Assembly (NCBI GenBank): GCA_019421865.1
Contig: JAHZEL010000015.1
Location: 32,892-96,891, forward strand
Direction of reading: 5' to 3'
DNA: 64,000 nt
Source of the DNA: Desulfovibrionaceae bacterium
GTDB lineage: Bacteria; Desulfobacterota; Desulfovibrionia; Desulfovibrionales; Desulfovibrionaceae
The position numbers were made by a program, and so were the translations under genes. Of this stretch, positions 35,213-49,870 are shown piece after piece. Within the stretch, counting starts at the first letter, position 1. Each line of letters starts with the position of its first letter. A model generated the notes under the pieces. The model was not told the origin of the DNA. It did not search any database and saw only the letters and a list, made by a program, of their open reading frames with translations.

Positions 35213-36505
35213 ATGTTCCGTCCTTCGCTCAGCACACGCCTCTCCGGGGTGTTGTGCCTTCTTTTTTGTCTGTCCATCATTCTTCCCACATCTCAGGCCC
35301 GCGCTGAAGGCTTTGCCATCATGGAAAACAGCGCGCGCGGCATGGGCCTGGCCGGCGGACTCATTGCCCGCGGCGGCGACGCCTCCACCCTTGCCTACAA
35401 CCCTGCTGCCATGACCATGCTGGAAGGCACGCAGATGCAGGCCAATCTTGCCGTCTCCCAGTTTTACTGGGGCGTGGATACCCGCAACGCTGCGGGCGAA
35501 CACACCGGCAACTATCACAGCGCGCATCAGACCTGGCCTATTCCCGCTTTTTACGTCACGCATCAGCTCAACGACGAATGGTGGCTCGGCATCGCCTCCT
35601 ACACCCGCTTCGGACTGGGCGTGAAATATCCCCACAACTGGCCCGGCGGAGCCAATCTGCACAGCGTGCAGCTCATCACGAACTCCTTCAATCCGAGCAT
35701 CGCCTATAAGATCAATGATCACCTTTCCGTAGCCGTCGGCGCAGAAATGATGATGGCATCCATGCAGATGCGCAAGAACCTCGATGTGCAGGCTCCCGGT
35801 CTCGGCGACGTGAACATCAACGGACACGGCGTTTCCTTCGGCGGCAACGTGGCCGTACACGCCAGACTCAACGATCAGTGGTCGCTCGGCCTTACCTACC
35901 GCGCGCCCATGAGCCTCAAGGTCAGCGGCAAAACGAGGTACGACAATCAGATCGGAGCAACGGCCATCGGTCAGGCGCTCGGTCTCAGCAAAATCCAGAA
36001 CTCCCGCCTGCGCGGCACGCTTCATCTGCCGGATTCCATCGGTTTCGGTGTAGCCTATAAGCCTTTGGAAAACCTGAGCTTTGAAGCGGACGCCGTTTAT
36101 ACTCTCTGGAGCCGTTTCCGCGACTTCAACATGTATATGAAGGATCCTGTCAACGACTGGCAGAACACCGACAGGCACTGGAAGAACAGCTGGACGCTGG
36201 GCATTTCCGCCGAATACAAGCCTGTGGACTGGATGGCCCTTCGCCTCGGCTTCATGTACGAGACCTCGCCCATGAATATCGGCAATGCCGACTACATGGT
36301 GCCTTCCAACGGCAGAAACTACTACACCGCGGGCGTAGGCTTCTTCTACAAGAACTGGACCTTCGACCTTGCCTATATGTATATCCACAACCATGTACTG
36401 GACTACACGCTGGCGTCTCAAAACAAGGATAGCGGCATAGTGGCCGGTCGTACCACCCATCCGCATGCCCACAACTTCGGCATCGGCATCGGTTACAAGT
36501 TCTAA
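35213..36505 (+). CDS. fadL: OmpP1/FadL/TodX family outer-membrane hydrophobic-compound channel
   Basis: 430 aa from ATG 35213 (SD AGGAG). Signal peptide, hatch motif EGFAIMENSARGMGLAG, C-terminal GIGIGYKF. Confidence 0.85.
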   Translation: MFRPSLSTRLSGVLCLLFCLSIILPTSQARAEGFAIMENSARGMGLAGGLIARGGDASTLAYNPAAMTMLEGTQMQANLAVSQFYWGVDTRNAAGEHTGNYHSAHQTWPIPAFYVTHQLNDEWWLGIASYTRFGLGVKYPHNWPGGANLHSVQLITNSFNPSIAYKINDHLSVAVGAEMMMASMQMRKNLDVQAPGLGDVNINGHGVSFGGNVAVHARLNDQWSLGLTYRAPMSLKVSGKTRYDNQIGATAIGQALGLSKIQNSRLRGTLHLPDSIGFGVAYKPLENLSFEADAVYTLWSRFRDFNMYMKDPVNDWQNTDRHWKNSWTLGISAEYKPVDWMALRLGFMYETSPMNIGNADYMVPSNGRNYYTAGVGFFYKNWTFDLAYMYIHNHVLDYTLASQNKDSGIVAGRTTHPHAHNFGIGIGYKF

Positions 36506-36522
36506 CGCGATACCTCAAAAAA

Positions 36523-36570
36523 AGTCCGGCGCAGGAAAAGTCTTTCCTCTTCCCGCGCCGGACTCTTTCA
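36523..36570 (+). terminator. Hairpin terminator after the fadL-like gene
   Basis: AGTCCGGCGC ... GCGCCGGACT with inner AGGAAA/TTTCCT pairing, followed by CTTTCATT. Confidence 0.6.
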
Positions 36571-36730
36571 TTCGCCGTCACGCCGGACGGCTCATTCTCT
36601 TCTCTCTTCGTTCCGAAAAAATCGCCGCCTCAGTCGGACTTCGGCGGCAGTTCCTGTAACGCCGCACCGCGTTTTTTTCTCCAGAAGTCGCTTCCCCGTC
36701 CGCCCAAAACGATGAACAGGAAAACAGCTC

Positions 36731-37474
36731 TCACGCCCCCTGCCGGGCCAAAAGTTCCGCAAACTGCTTGAGCTTTGCCTCGTCATAGAAGTTGACCATG
36801 CGCAGAGGAACGGTGGCCACTTCTCCCAGTTCGCCGTTTTCACGAAGTTCCAGGAACAGAAGCACAACGTCCCAGGGTGCAAAGCAGCGCGACCCGTCAG
36901 GCATGTTCAGCCCCTCCTTGGCCAGAGCAAAGCAGAACGCGGAAAACTTCGCCGCCCCGGTGCGGTACGGACCGGACATCATGGCGCAGCGCCCGTCATA
37001 CTCGGCATACTGTTCGGCAAAGGAACGATACAGCTCCTCCATCTGCGCATCGGTATAGGGAGGCGTCAGGGCAGCCAGCGAATCACAGTACGGCAGGCAG
37101 TAGTCCCTGGCACAGAACATATCCGTCCATTCCTCGTTTCCGGAAGGGGAAGAACTCTGCACGGCCTTCTCTTCCGCCATGCCGATGAAGGGACGATAGC
37201 TGTCTTCCTTGTCGAACATATGCTCGGGAAAAGCCTTGAGCGCATAACCTCCGTTCTCCTCCCGCAGGAAAAGGCGCACTTTCTCTCCCGGAGTGAACAG
37301 CCCATCCACGCCGTCTTTGGCCACGGCTCTAACCATGAGAGGATACCGCCCCCAGAGACTGCGCCGGGCGGCTTCAAGCAGCGAATACGGTCCCACGGTA
37401 CCATAAAACGCGGCAATCTCCTCCACGGAAAATTCCTCGCCTTCCTTAACATTCTCCCATCCGGTAAATGCCAT
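36731..37474 (-). CDS. Hypothetical protein
   Basis: 247 aa from ATG 37474 (SD GGAGGA). Coding-like composition, no recognisable motif. Confidence 0.55.
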   Translation of the reverse strand: MAFTGWENVKEGEEFSVEEIAAFYGTVGPYSLLEAARRSLWGRYPLMVRAVAKDGVDGLFTPGEKVRLFLREENGGYALKAFPEHMFDKEDSYRPFIGMAEEKAVQSSSPSGNEEWTDMFCARDYCLPYCDSLAALTPPYTDAQMEELYRSFAEQYAEYDGRCAMMSGPYRTGAAKFSAFCFALAKEGLNMPDGSRCFAPWDVVLLFLELRENGELGEVATVPLRMVNFYDEAKLKQFAELLARQGA

Positions 37475-37686
37475 ATATCCTCCGTTGCGGACGGTCTTCC
37501 CGCCCGCTGTCGTTTCGAGTTTCGTCAAAGAACAAGCATTCCGTCTTTTTGCCGAAGACTCAAGAAGAAAAACAGCGCATCGCACGGAAGCCCCTTCCCG
37601 CGATCCTTTCTTCCCGGATACGCAGATGCCACCAAAAGCCCCCACACACAGCCCCGGAACCGTAAGCGGCCGCTCCGGCTTTTAAT

Positions 37687-37718
37687 GCAAAAAAGCACCT
37701 GCATCGCTGCAAGTGCTT
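37687..37718 (-). terminator. Rho-independent terminator of tRNA-Leu
   Basis: Minus strand: 11-bp stem AAGCACTTGCA / TGCAGGTGCTT with a GCGA tetraloop, then TTTTT. Confidence 0.75.
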
Positions 37719-37726
37719 GAAATTTC

Positions 37727-37813
37727 TGGTACCGGAAGTGGGACTTGAACCCACAAGGTGTTGCCACCGGCGGATTTTGAGTCCGCTGCGTCTACCAATT
37801 CCACCATTCCGGC
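37727..37813 (-). tRNA. tRNA-Leu (anticodon CAA)
   Basis: 87-nt class II tRNA. The reverse complement reads GCCGGAATGGTGGAATTGGTAGACGC..GACTCAAAATCC..long variable arm..GGTTCAAGTCCCACTTCCGGTACCA. Confidence 0.92.
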
Positions 37814-37822
37814 ACAGCTGCA

Positions 37823-37853
37823 TCTATATAGATTTCAGGGCGCAAGGTCAACC
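37823..37853 (-). promoter_or_regulatory. Sigma70-type promoter of tRNA-Leu
   Basis: Minus strand: TTGACC, spacer of about 16 nt, TATATA, ending about 10 nt before the tRNA 5' end. Confidence 0.55.
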
Positions 37854-38233
37854 TTCGGCGGCGTCTGACGGGGCCGGAAAACGCCTGATTCTGCGGCTTC
37901 AGCTTGCCTTTTTACGCTGAAAAGGCTAGGCTGAGCGTCAAATACGGATTCTGATATGAACGATACCTGTCCCACCATCGCGCAAAAAAGCGACAGTCCG
38001 CTTCCCGAGAAGGAGGAAGCAGGCTGTCAGTCTTCCGACGTTCCCCTTGCTGCGTGGCTGAAGGCAGTTTCGTCCGTCATGTTCCGCTGCCGCACTCTCT
38101 GCGGAAGCCTTTTGTTTTTCCCGTCATGTACGCCCGTTCTGCGGGCCTTTTTTGTGCCGGAGCCGACGTGTTCGGCAGGCGCCGTGCGTCACGGCTGCCT
38201 CCCGGCCTGAACCCTATTTGAAGGAGTATCGTC

Positions 38234-39055
38234 TTGGACGGCGAATCCCACAGTACCGTGTGGTCCAAACTTGGTTCTTTCTTTTCCGGCAAATCCTCGG
38301 AAGATCATCTGGAGCAGGCCATCCGCGAAGCCCGCGAAGACGGCGAGCTGAAGGCGGAAGAAGGCTCCATGCTGCTTTCCATCCTCTCTCTGGACGAGCT
38401 TCAGGTGCAGGACATCATGACTCCCCGTACCGACATCGACTGCCTGCCCTCCGGCACGACCATTCTCGATGCGGCGGGAGCCATCGTGGAAACCGGACAC
38501 TCCCGTCTGCCCGTCTATAAGGATACGCGCGACAACATCATCGGCATCGTTCACGCCAAGGACATGCTGAGCTCGCTCATGAAGGCAGAGCTGCAGACCT
38601 CGCCGGTGGACAACATCATGAGTCCGCCTTTCTTTGTTCCGGAAACCAAGATTGCCAGCGAACTTCTTCAGGAATTCCGCAGCCGCAAGAATCATCTGGC
38701 CATCGTGGTGGACGAGTACGGCGGCACGTCCGGTCTGGCCACCATCGAAGACCTGCTGGAAGTCATCGTGGGCGACATCGAAGATGAACACGACGCGCCC
38801 AAGGAAGAGGACATCCGTCCCCTTGAGGAAGGCAAGTACGAACTTTCCGGCCGTGCCTATCTGGAAGAGCTGGAAGAGCTGGGCATTCATCTGGAATCGG
38901 ATGAGGTGGACACCATCGGCGGTTATCTCAGCCTCGATGCCGGACACGTGCCGCAGAAGGACGAGGAATTCCGCATCGCCGGCTGGCTGTTCACCATAGC
39001 CGATGCCGACGCAAAGCAGATACACACCGTCATCGCCAGGCGCGACGAAGAATGA
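38234..39055 (+). CDS. corC: CBS-pair / CorC_HlyC domain protein (Mg/Co efflux CorC, TlyC-like)
   Basis: 273 aa. TTG start with AAGGAG SD. ..[11 protein letters not shown].. CBS pair, then C-terminal ..TIGGYL..G..P..G transporter-associated domain. Confidence 0.88.
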   Translation: MDGESHSTVWSKLGSFFSGKSSEDHLEQAIREAREDGELKAEEGSMLLSILSLDELQVQDIMTPRTDIDCLPSGTTILDAAGAIVETGHSRLPVYKDTRDNIIGIVHAKDMLSSLMKAELQTSPVDNIMSPPFFVPETKIASELLQEFRSRKNHLAIVVDEYGGTSGLATIEDLLEVIVGDIEDEHDAPKEEDIRPLEEGKYELSGRAYLEELEELGIHLESDEVDTIGGYLSLDAGHVPQKDEEFRIAGWLFTIADADAKQIHTVIARRDEE

Positions 39056-39329
39056 TTTCAAGGGGCCGCGGGAACTTCCCGCGGCCCCTTTCCGTTCTCC
39101 GGGTCTCTCATCCTGCCGGATCGCCCCTGCTGAAAGCGGGAAAAAACAGCGTAATTTCAGGCGGATTTTACCCGTCACGACCGGGACTTCCCGCCGATGT
39201 TAAAACAAATCTCATAAAAAAGAACGAAGTAAAACAGTCAGTTCCGCTTTAAATCCCCTGTTCGACGCTTGATTATCTCGGGGCAACGTGTAATCATACG
39301 CAAGTTTAAACCCACTTTAGGAGCGGAAT

Positions 39330-42583
<3,254 letters not shown>

Positions 42584-42587
<4 letters not shown>

Positions 42588-43723
42588 AAGCTCTGCTCGC
42601 CCTCGAAGACGGCTTCGTCCTTGAAGGGGAATCCTTCACCGGCCCCATTGAACTGACCGGCGGCGAAGTCATTTTCAATACCGCCATGGCCGGATATCAG
42701 GAACTGCTCACCGACCCCTCCTATGCAGGTCAGATGGTGTGCCTCACCTATCCGCTCATCGGCAACTACGGCATCAATCCCGACGACATGGAATCCGAAA
42801 AGGTTCACATGTCGGCCCTCATCGTCAAGGAATGCTGCAAGGAACCTTCCAACTGGCGCGCCACCGAAAGTCTGCCCGACTTTCTCATGCGTCAGGGCGT
42901 GCCCGGCATCGAAGGCATCGACACCCGTGCGCTCACCCTGCACCTGCGCAAGAACGGCGCCATGCGCGGCTGCATTTCCACCAGCATTCTCGATCCCGAG
43001 GAACTGGTGAAGAAGGCACAAGCGCTGCCCTCCATGGAAGGCCAGAACCTCGTCACCCGCGTGGCTCCCGACAAGCCCTACCGCTGGGACGAAGCCGCAG
43101 GCCGCCCCGCCCCGATCACGCTGAATGCCGACGGCTCCTATGACTGGCCCGCCGGAAAGGCGCTCAAGGTCGTGGTGTACGACTTCGGCATCAAGTGGAA
43201 CATCCTGCGCCTGCTTTCCGCTCAGGACATGGAACTTCTCGTCGTGCCCCCGGCCTTCACCTGTGAACAGGTCAAGGCCGCCGCTCCCGACGGCGTGTTC
43301 CTCTCCAACGGCCCCGGCGACCCCGCCACGCTGAAGGCGGAAATCGCCGAAATCGCCAAGATGGCGGAAATCTTCCCCATCGGCGCCATCTGCCTCGGCC
43401 ATCAGCTCCTCGGTCACGCCCTCGGCGGCACCACCACCAAGCTGAAGTTCGGCCATCACGGCGTGAACCATCCGGTCAAGAACCTGCTGACCGGCCGCAT
43501 CGAAATCTCTTCCCAGAACCACGGCTTCTGCGTCATTCCGCCCGAAGGCGTGGAAAAGGTGTATGTGAACCTCAATGACGGCACGCTGGAAGGCTTCCGC
43601 CATCCTGAAAAGCCCATCATGACCGTTCAGCATCATCCCGAAGCCGCCGCCGGTCCTACCGACAGCCGCACCTTCTTCACCGACTTCAAGGCCATGGTGA
43701 TGAAGGCGAAGGCCGGAAAGTAA
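42584..43723 (+). CDS. carA: Carbamoyl-phosphate synthase small (glutaminase) subunit
   Basis: 379 aa from ATG 42584 (ATGA overlap with the carB stop). ..[13 protein letters not shown].., catalytic Cys region [10 protein letters not shown]. Confidence 0.95.
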
Positions 43724-43771
43724 TCGACGCCGAGGCCCTGCCCTGAGGCAGAGCCGATCATTCCGCTCCTG

Positions 43772-43805
43772 AAGGCTCCCCCGATTCCGGGGGAGCCTTT
43801 TTTCA
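43772..43805 (+). terminator. Rho-independent terminator after carA
   Basis: AAGGCTCCCCCG-ATTC-CGGGGGAGCCTT followed by TTTTT. Confidence 0.8.
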
Positions 43806-43948
43806 TGCCCGAAGGGCGACGGCACCTTCCGTCCCGCCGCAGCCTTTTGTTTTTTCAGAAAAAGCCTTATGGTTGCGCCATTCCTGATGAAGGCGGCCCA
43901 CGCCTCCGCAGCGCCGGCGCGTCTTCCTCTACCTGAAAAGGACACATC

Positions 43949-45439
43949 ATGCTGACTTCCGACAAACGTCTCTTCATAGCCGCCGCAGAAAACCCCGCCT
44001 CTCTTGAACCGGACGGGCGCGCGCTGTGCATGGAAGCCTCCATGCTCTGCCGCCACGGCCTCATCACCGGAGCCACGGGCACGGGCAAGACCATCACGCT
44101 GCAGACCATGGCCGAAAGCTTCAGCGCCGCAGGCATCCCGGTTCTTCTGACCGACGTGAAGGGCGATCTTGCCGCCGTATGCCATCCCGGAACGCCCGGC
44201 GGAAGCATCAAGGCGCGCATCGAAGCGCTCGGACTGCACGCGCTCGGCTACGTCAACCGGGGGTATCCGGTATGCTTCTGGGACGTGGAAGGACGACAGG
44301 GAACGCCGCTTCGCGCCACCATCAGCGACCTGGGACCGGATCTTCTTGCCCGCCTGCTGAAGCTGAACGACGTGCAGAGCGGCATTCTGCGCCTCGTGTT
44401 CCGCGTGGCGGATGAAAACGGCCTTCTGCTGCTCGACCTCAAGGATCTGCGCGCCATGCTGGTCTGGATAACGGAACACCGGGCCGACTTTGCCGCATCA
44501 TACGGCCACATCTCCCCGGCCAGCACGGGCGCCATCCAGCGCAGCCTGCTGCGCCTGGAAGACGAAGGAGCCGGAGCCTTCTTCGGCGAACCTGCGCTGA
44601 ACATCGAAGACCTGTTCCGCACCGATATTTCCGGCCGGGGCCATCTCAACATTCTTGCCGCCGACAAACTTCTGCAGAAGCCCGGCCTCTACGCCGCCGT
44701 GCTGCTGTGGCTGCTCTCCGAGCTGTATGAACGCCTCCCGGAACGGGGCGATGCCGACAAGCCCCGGCTCGTGCTCATGTTCGACGAAGCGCACCTTCTT
44801 TTCGACGATATGCCGGACATCCTGCTGCAGAAGGTGGAGCAGGTGGTCCGCCTCATCCGCTCGCGCGGCGTGGGCGTTTATTTCGTCACGCAGAACCCTG
44901 CGGACATTCCGGACGGCATACTCTCCCAGCTCGGCAACCGCGTGCAGCACGCGCTGCGTGCCTTCACCCCGCGGGATCAGAAGGCCGTACGGGCCGCCGC
45001 CGAAACCTTCCGGGCCAATCCGGCCCTGGATACCGAAGCAGTAATTTCCTCCCTGCGTACGGGCGAAGCGCTGGTTTCCTTTCTGGATGCCGACGGCGCG
45101 CCCTGCATGGTGGAGCGGGCGCTCATTCTGCCGCCGGAGGGAGGCATCGGAGCCATAGGCGAAGAAGAGCGCCGCGGCATCATCGAGGCCTCCGCCGTGC
45201 AGAAGCTGTACGGCACCGCCGTGGACAGAACATCCGCCCACGAAGTGCTGAGCGGCCAAAAGGCGGAACAGGAGCAGAGTGCGGAAGAGGAAGAATATGA
45301 CGCTCCCGCGCCGTGGGAAGAAATGCTCGGCGCCGTCGTGAAGCAGGCGGGACGCACCATCGGCAGCACGGTGGGCCGGGAACTCGGACGCGCCGTGATG
45401 CGCGGCCTTCTTGGCGGCATTTTCGGCAAAAGACGTTGA
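43949..45439 (+). CDS. DUF853 / HerA-like (YjgR family) P-loop NTPase
   Basis: 496 aa. Walker A GATGTGKT, Walker B-like [10 protein letters not shown]. Confidence 0.8.
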   Translation: MLTSDKRLFIAAAENPASLEPDGRALCMEASMLCRHGLITGATGTGKTITLQTMAESFSAAGIPVLLTDVKGDLAAVCHPGTPGGSIKARIEALGLHALGYVNRGYPVCFWDVEGRQGTPLRATISDLGPDLLARLLKLNDVQSGILRLVFRVADENGLLLLDLKDLRAMLVWITEHRADFAASYGHISPASTGAIQRSLLRLEDEGAGAFFGEPALNIEDLFRTDISGRGHLNILAADKLLQKPGLYAAVLLWLLSELYERLPERGDADKPRLVLMFDEAHLLFDDMPDILLQKVEQVVRLIRSRGVGVYFVTQNPADIPDGILSQLGNRVQHALRAFTPRDQKAVRAAAETFRANPALDTEAVISSLRTGEALVSFLDADGAPCMVERALILPPEGGIGAIGEEERRGIIEASAVQKLYGTAVDRTSAHEVLSGQKAEQEQSAEEEEYDAPAPWEEMLGAVVKQAGRTIGSTVGRELGRAVMRGLLGGIFGKRR

Positions 45440-45507
45440 CCATACATGCAACAGTGACGGAGCACACGCTCCTTTCATGCGTCGGAAGGCGCAACAGCGA
45501 GGACACC

Positions 45508-46587
45508 ATGACCAAGGAAATCTTTGAAGCCCGCAGAGAAAAGCTGCGCCGCCTCATGCACGAGGAGGGGCTGGATGCTCTTCTGATCTCCCAGCCCGCC
45601 AACCGCTTCTATCTTTCCGGCTTTGAACTGCATGACTGCCAGTGCAACGAAAGCTCAGGCTGCCTCATCATCACGAAGGACGGCCGGGACTGGCTCTGCA
45701 CCGACTCCCGCTACGAGGAAGCAGCCGCCCAGCTCTGGGACAGGGAACGAGTGCTCATCTACCGCGGCGCATCCTCCGAAGCGATCAATCTGCTTCTCAA
45801 GAAGCTCTGCGGCAGCACGGGCGTCACGGGTATGGAAGCCGAACATCTGGCATGGAACTATGTTCAGCGTCTGGAACCCGGCCTCACGCTCAAGGCGGCC
45901 GACGGGCTGGTGGAAAAGCTCCGCGAAATCAAGGACGATGCGGAAATTCAGCTCATTGCCGAATCCGTGGCGCTCAATCACCGCATGCTGGAATGGCTCC
46001 CCTCCGTGCTCGTTCCGGGGCAGGACGAAGGTTCCGTGGCCTGGGCCATTGAAAAATACTACCGCGAGCACGGCGCTTCCGAACTGAGCTTCCCGTCCAT
46101 CGTAGCCATGAACGCCAACGCCGCGCTGCCGCACTACGTTCCGGAAAAACCCGCCGTGTTCACCGACGAATGCATGGTGCTCGTGGATGAAGGCTGCCGC
46201 CTGAACCGCTACTGCTCCGATCAGACCCGCACCTACTGGATCGGCCAAAAGCCCTCTCCCCGCTTCACGGAAATGCTGGAGAGAGTGCAGGAAGCCCAGC
46301 GCCGCGCCATCGCCGTTCTGCGGCCGGGCATCACGGGCAAGGAAGTGCATCAGGTGGCCGTGGACTACTTCGCCTCCTGCGGCATGGACCGTTACTTCAC
46401 TCATTCTCTGGGCCACGGCGTCGGTCTGGAGACGCACGAAGGGCCGAGACTGAGCCCGACCAGCATAAAACCCCTGCAGCCCGGCATGATCGTCACCATC
46501 GAACCGGGACTCTACTTCCCCGGATGGGGCGGCGCGCGCTGGGAGTACATGGCCGTCATCACCGAGGACGGGTGCAGAATATTCTGA
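45508..46587 (+). CDS. M24 family Xaa-Pro aminopeptidase/dipeptidase
   Basis: 359 aa from ATG 45508. Creatinase-like N-domain plus M24 metal ligands (..DEGC..CSDQTRT.., HSLGHGVGLETHE, ..TIEPGLY..). Confidence 0.88.
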   Translation: MTKEIFEARREKLRRLMHEEGLDALLISQPANRFYLSGFELHDCQCNESSGCLIITKDGRDWLCTDSRYEEAAAQLWDRERVLIYRGASSEAINLLLKKLCGSTGVTGMEAEHLAWNYVQRLEPGLTLKAADGLVEKLREIKDDAEIQLIAESVALNHRMLEWLPSVLVPGQDEGSVAWAIEKYYREHGASELSFPSIVAMNANAALPHYVPEKPAVFTDECMVLVDEGCRLNRYCSDQTRTYWIGQKPSPRFTEMLERVQEAQRRAIAVLRPGITGKEVHQVAVDYFASCGMDRYFTHSLGHGVGLETHEGPRLSPTSIKPLQPGMIVTIEPGLYFPGWGGARWEYMAVITEDGCRIF

Positions 46588-46732
46588 TCCGGCGGCGACC
46601 GGATGTACGCCCTGATCCGGCTGCCTTTCCCGCCGATCTGGACGGATGCGGAAACATGATTATGTTCATGGAACCGGCGGAAACGTTCCGCCATCATGAT
46701 TCCGCTCCAAAACCACTCTTCAGGAGACTCGC

Positions 46733-47647
46733 ATGATTCACCCCGAAAAGCGGCATTTCATCATCGTAGCCAAAACGCTCGGCATTCAGGTGCTGCTGTT
46801 TGTCGGCATTCTGTTCACGGTATGGGGCTCGCAGAAGCTCTATACCTTTATCGATCCCGTCAAATTCCCCGTCTATCAGGCGGAAATCAAGGAAAACATG
46901 ACGGAGCAGGAAAAGGGCGCGGCTCTGCTTTCCGCCCTGACGAACCGCATGAACGCGGAACTTGATTCCACCTTCGGCTGGACGGCCAACGACATTCTGT
47001 TCAACCGCTGGCTCATCGACAACCGCGCCTATCGCCAGTTCGGCACCTATGTGGCCACCAAGATGCTCTTCGACCACTACTCCACGGTCATCGCCAAGCT
47101 CGGCAACAACGACCGGGAAAACGATCTGCTCTACAACGCCCGCCTCAACTACTTCGCCATCAGCCCCCAGCGCTGGGGCATGCTGTTCATTCCTTCGGCG
47201 GAAGGCTCCTTCAAGAAGGCCCTTTCCATGACCGAGCAGTACAAGAAGGATCTCCTTGCCGACAAGGCCGTGTACAACTGCCGCACCGACGACATCTATT
47301 CCGCCTTCAATCTGATTCTGGGCGAAACGGTGTTCGGCTACGCCCTCGGTCTGCTCAACGACAGCCAGGATCTGCCCTTCTACACACTCGACAACCGCAT
47401 CTACGAAGCGCAGGGCGTCATTCTCGTGGTACGCGACTACCTCAAGGCCCTGTACGAGCTGTATCCCGAAATCGGCAACAAGAACAACGAGCAGAACATG
47501 GCCGAAGCCATGCGCTACATGGACCTCATCTGCAACTATGATCCCATGTACATCACCTCGTCGTTCAACTCCGGCGAGCTCATCATTTCCTACCTGCTCT
47601 TTGCCCGCAACCGTCTCACCGACATACGGGACAGTCTGAGAATCTGA
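46733..47647 (+). CDS. DUF2333-like membrane-anchored protein
   Basis: 304 aa with SD AGGAG and one N-terminal TM. The family assignment is from memory only. Confidence 0.5.
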   Translation: MIHPEKRHFIIVAKTLGIQVLLFVGILFTVWGSQKLYTFIDPVKFPVYQAEIKENMTEQEKGAALLSALTNRMNAELDSTFGWTANDILFNRWLIDNRAYRQFGTYVATKMLFDHYSTVIAKLGNNDRENDLLYNARLNYFAISPQRWGMLFIPSAEGSFKKALSMTEQYKKDLLADKAVYNCRTDDIYSAFNLILGETVFGYALGLLNDSQDLPFYTLDNRIYEAQGVILVVRDYLKALYELYPEIGNKNNEQNMAEAMRYMDLICNYDPMYITSSFNSGELIISYLLFARNRLTDIRDSLRI

Positions 47648-47701
47648 ACCGACTGAACACGCCCGGGGAAGGCCAGCCTTCCCCGGGTTCTTTTTTCTGC
47701 C

Positions 47702-48997
47702 ATGAACGCCTTCACTCCTCTTATTTCTCAGGAAACGCTGACAGCCTTCCGCAGGCTGTTTCACCGGCATGCCGAAACCGGCATGGCGGAATTCTGGACC
47801 ACGGCCCGCATTGCGGAGGAACTGGAAAAATTCGGCCTTTCTCCCGTCCTGGGCGAGAGAGTCTGCGCCGCCGGGGCCCGTATGGGCATGCCGGATCCGG
47901 ACAGGCTGCGCGACGCGGAGCGCCGAGCGGAAGCGGAAGGAGCCTCGCCCCGCATGCTGGCGCGCATGAACGGCTGCACGGGCCTGGTCGTGGACATAAG
48001 GCCCGATCTTCCGCTGCATACCGTCCTTCGTTTCGACATCGACGCCGTCGACGTGCAGGAAAGCGAAGAGCCGGAGCACAGCCCTGCCCGGGAAGGCTTC
48101 GTCTCCCTGCATGAAGGCATCAGTCATGCCTGCGGCCATGACGGACACATTGCCATCGGACTGGGACTCGCTCACGAGCTTGCGCGTCTGCGCTCAGATC
48201 TCAGGCACAACGTCCGGCTGCTCTTCCAGCCCGGCGAGGAAGGATGCCGGGGAGCAAAAGCCATGACCGCCGCCGGATGGCTGAACGGCGCGCATCATTT
48301 TCTGGCGGCCCATATCGGCATGCGGGCCGATGAGGATCATGCTCTGGTCTGCGGTGCGCACGGCTTTCTTGCCACCACGAAATTCGACGTGGAATTTCTC
48401 GGGCGTGCCGCCCATGCCGGAGCGGAACCGCACAAGGGAGCCAATTCCCTGCTTGCCGCGGCCGGAGCCGCGCTGGCCATGCACGCCCTGCCGCGGCACG
48501 GGGACGGCGACTCCCGCATCACCGTAGGCACGCTTGAAGCCGGAAGCGGACGCAACATCATTCCCGATCATGCCTTCATGCGCTGCGAAACGCGCGGAGC
48601 CACCACCGCCATCAACGAGTACATGTTCGAACACTGCCGCAGCATCATCGAGCATACGGCCGCCATGTATGATCAGACCTGCCGGATCCGCCTCATGGGC
48701 AGCGCAGACAGCGCAGACAGCGATGAAAGCCTGACCAAGCTTGTCCGCAGCATGGCGGAAAACGTGTCGTGGTTCCGGCGTGATCTCATTCGCGACACGG
48801 CGACAGGCTACGGAAGCGACGATGCCTGCACGCCCATGGCCGCCGTTCAGAAGCAGGGCGGAGATGCCGCCTACATCATGCTGGGCAGTGCTCTGGCGGC
48901 GGGACACCACGCTCCGAACTTCGATTTCCATGAAGACGTGCTGCTTCCCTCCGTGGATCTTCTGTGCAGAACCGTCCTTGCGCTCGACACAAAATAA
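47702..48997 (+). CDS. M20D family amidohydrolase/aminoacylase
   Basis: 431 aa with the HACGHDGH motif typical of M20D (hippurate hydrolase-like) enzymes. Confidence 0.82.
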   Translation: MNAFTPLISQETLTAFRRLFHRHAETGMAEFWTTARIAEELEKFGLSPVLGERVCAAGARMGMPDPDRLRDAERRAEAEGASPRMLARMNGCTGLVVDIRPDLPLHTVLRFDIDAVDVQESEEPEHSPAREGFVSLHEGISHACGHDGHIAIGLGLAHELARLRSDLRHNVRLLFQPGEEGCRGAKAMTAAGWLNGAHHFLAAHIGMRADEDHALVCGAHGFLATTKFDVEFLGRAAHAGAEPHKGANSLLAAAGAALAMHALPRHGDGDSRITVGTLEAGSGRNIIPDHAFMRCETRGATTAINEYMFEHCRSIIEHTAAMYDQTCRIRLMGSADSADSDESLTKLVRSMAENVSWFRRDLIRDTATGYGSDDACTPMAAVQKQGGDAAYIMLGSALAAGHHAPNFDFHEDVLLPSVDLLCRTVLALDTK

Positions 48998-49183
48998 AAC
49001 GCCCTCATTTTATCATCATATTCTGTAATATAAACAGGTTAGAAAAAAATATTGACTTTGAAAAAAAACGTCGTCATGGTTGTAGAACGACGCTTTTCCG
49101 TGAAGGAGCATTTCGTTCCCGAAAAAGAAACGCGCTTTTTCCGTGCCGGTACGGACCGATGCACGCCGATAAAAGGAGCCAAT

Positions 49184-49666
49184 ATGACGAAGCTCATGAC
49201 TTTTCTGACCAGCGGACTTATGAGCGTCCTTCTCTTTGCTTCCGTTGCTCTTGCCGAGGAAGTAAAGACCGACTATTTCACCCTCAATCTTGACGAGGAA
49301 TGGACGCAGCCTCAGCCCGTCCAGTCCGCGAACGGCGCCGTGCTCGCCATAGTTCAGCATACTTCCGACAAGTCCGTCCTGAGCGTGGCCATCTCTCCCA
49401 TCGCACTTCCTGCAAAGGACGTGGCCGAGCAGACGCTCGCCAACATGAAGACCAACGGCTTCACCGTTTCCGAACTCAAGCCCTTCGGCGATTCCTACAT
49501 GGCGGAATTCTCCCAGAATCAGTCGAGCGGCGTCAGCTACTTCACCTCCAACGGCAAGGTGAACAGCGTCGTCACCATCATCGGCAAGAATACCGATGCG
49601 GGCAAAGAATTCATGAACAAGCACTTCAAGGCCGCCGACGCCAAGCTCTTCCCGGCCAAATTCTAA
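49184..49666 (+). CDS. Secreted hypothetical protein
   Basis: 160 aa from ATG 49184 (SD AAAGGAG). Signal peptide MTKLMTFLTSGLMSVLLFASVALA. Confidence 0.6.
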   Translation: MTKLMTFLTSGLMSVLLFASVALAEEVKTDYFTLNLDEEWTQPQPVQSANGAVLAIVQHTSDKSVLSVAISPIALPAKDVAEQTLANMKTNGFTVSELKPFGDSYMAEFSQNQSSGVSYFTSNGKVNSVVTIIGKNTDAGKEFMNKHFKAADAKLFPAKF

Positions 49667-49870
49667 CCGATGCCGGTAAACCGGCCTTCATTCCGGGGCA
49701 GCCGTGCTCCATGCACGGATGATGCCGCCAGACCCAATCTTTTCCACAAAATACGCAAACAGAACGGGGAATGACGCCTTCCATGAGAAGAGTCATTCCC
49801 CGTTTTCTTACAGAACCATGCAGAGGTAGCAGCATCGCCGGTTAAAGAGCTCCGCCGTCGCGCCTGCCCG

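Noticed and set aside
37956-38210. 84-aa ORF between tRNA-Leu and corC.
   Set aside because: No SD, no recognisable domain, and Cys/Pro/Ser-rich composition. It could be a leader region of corC. The evidence is insufficient to call.
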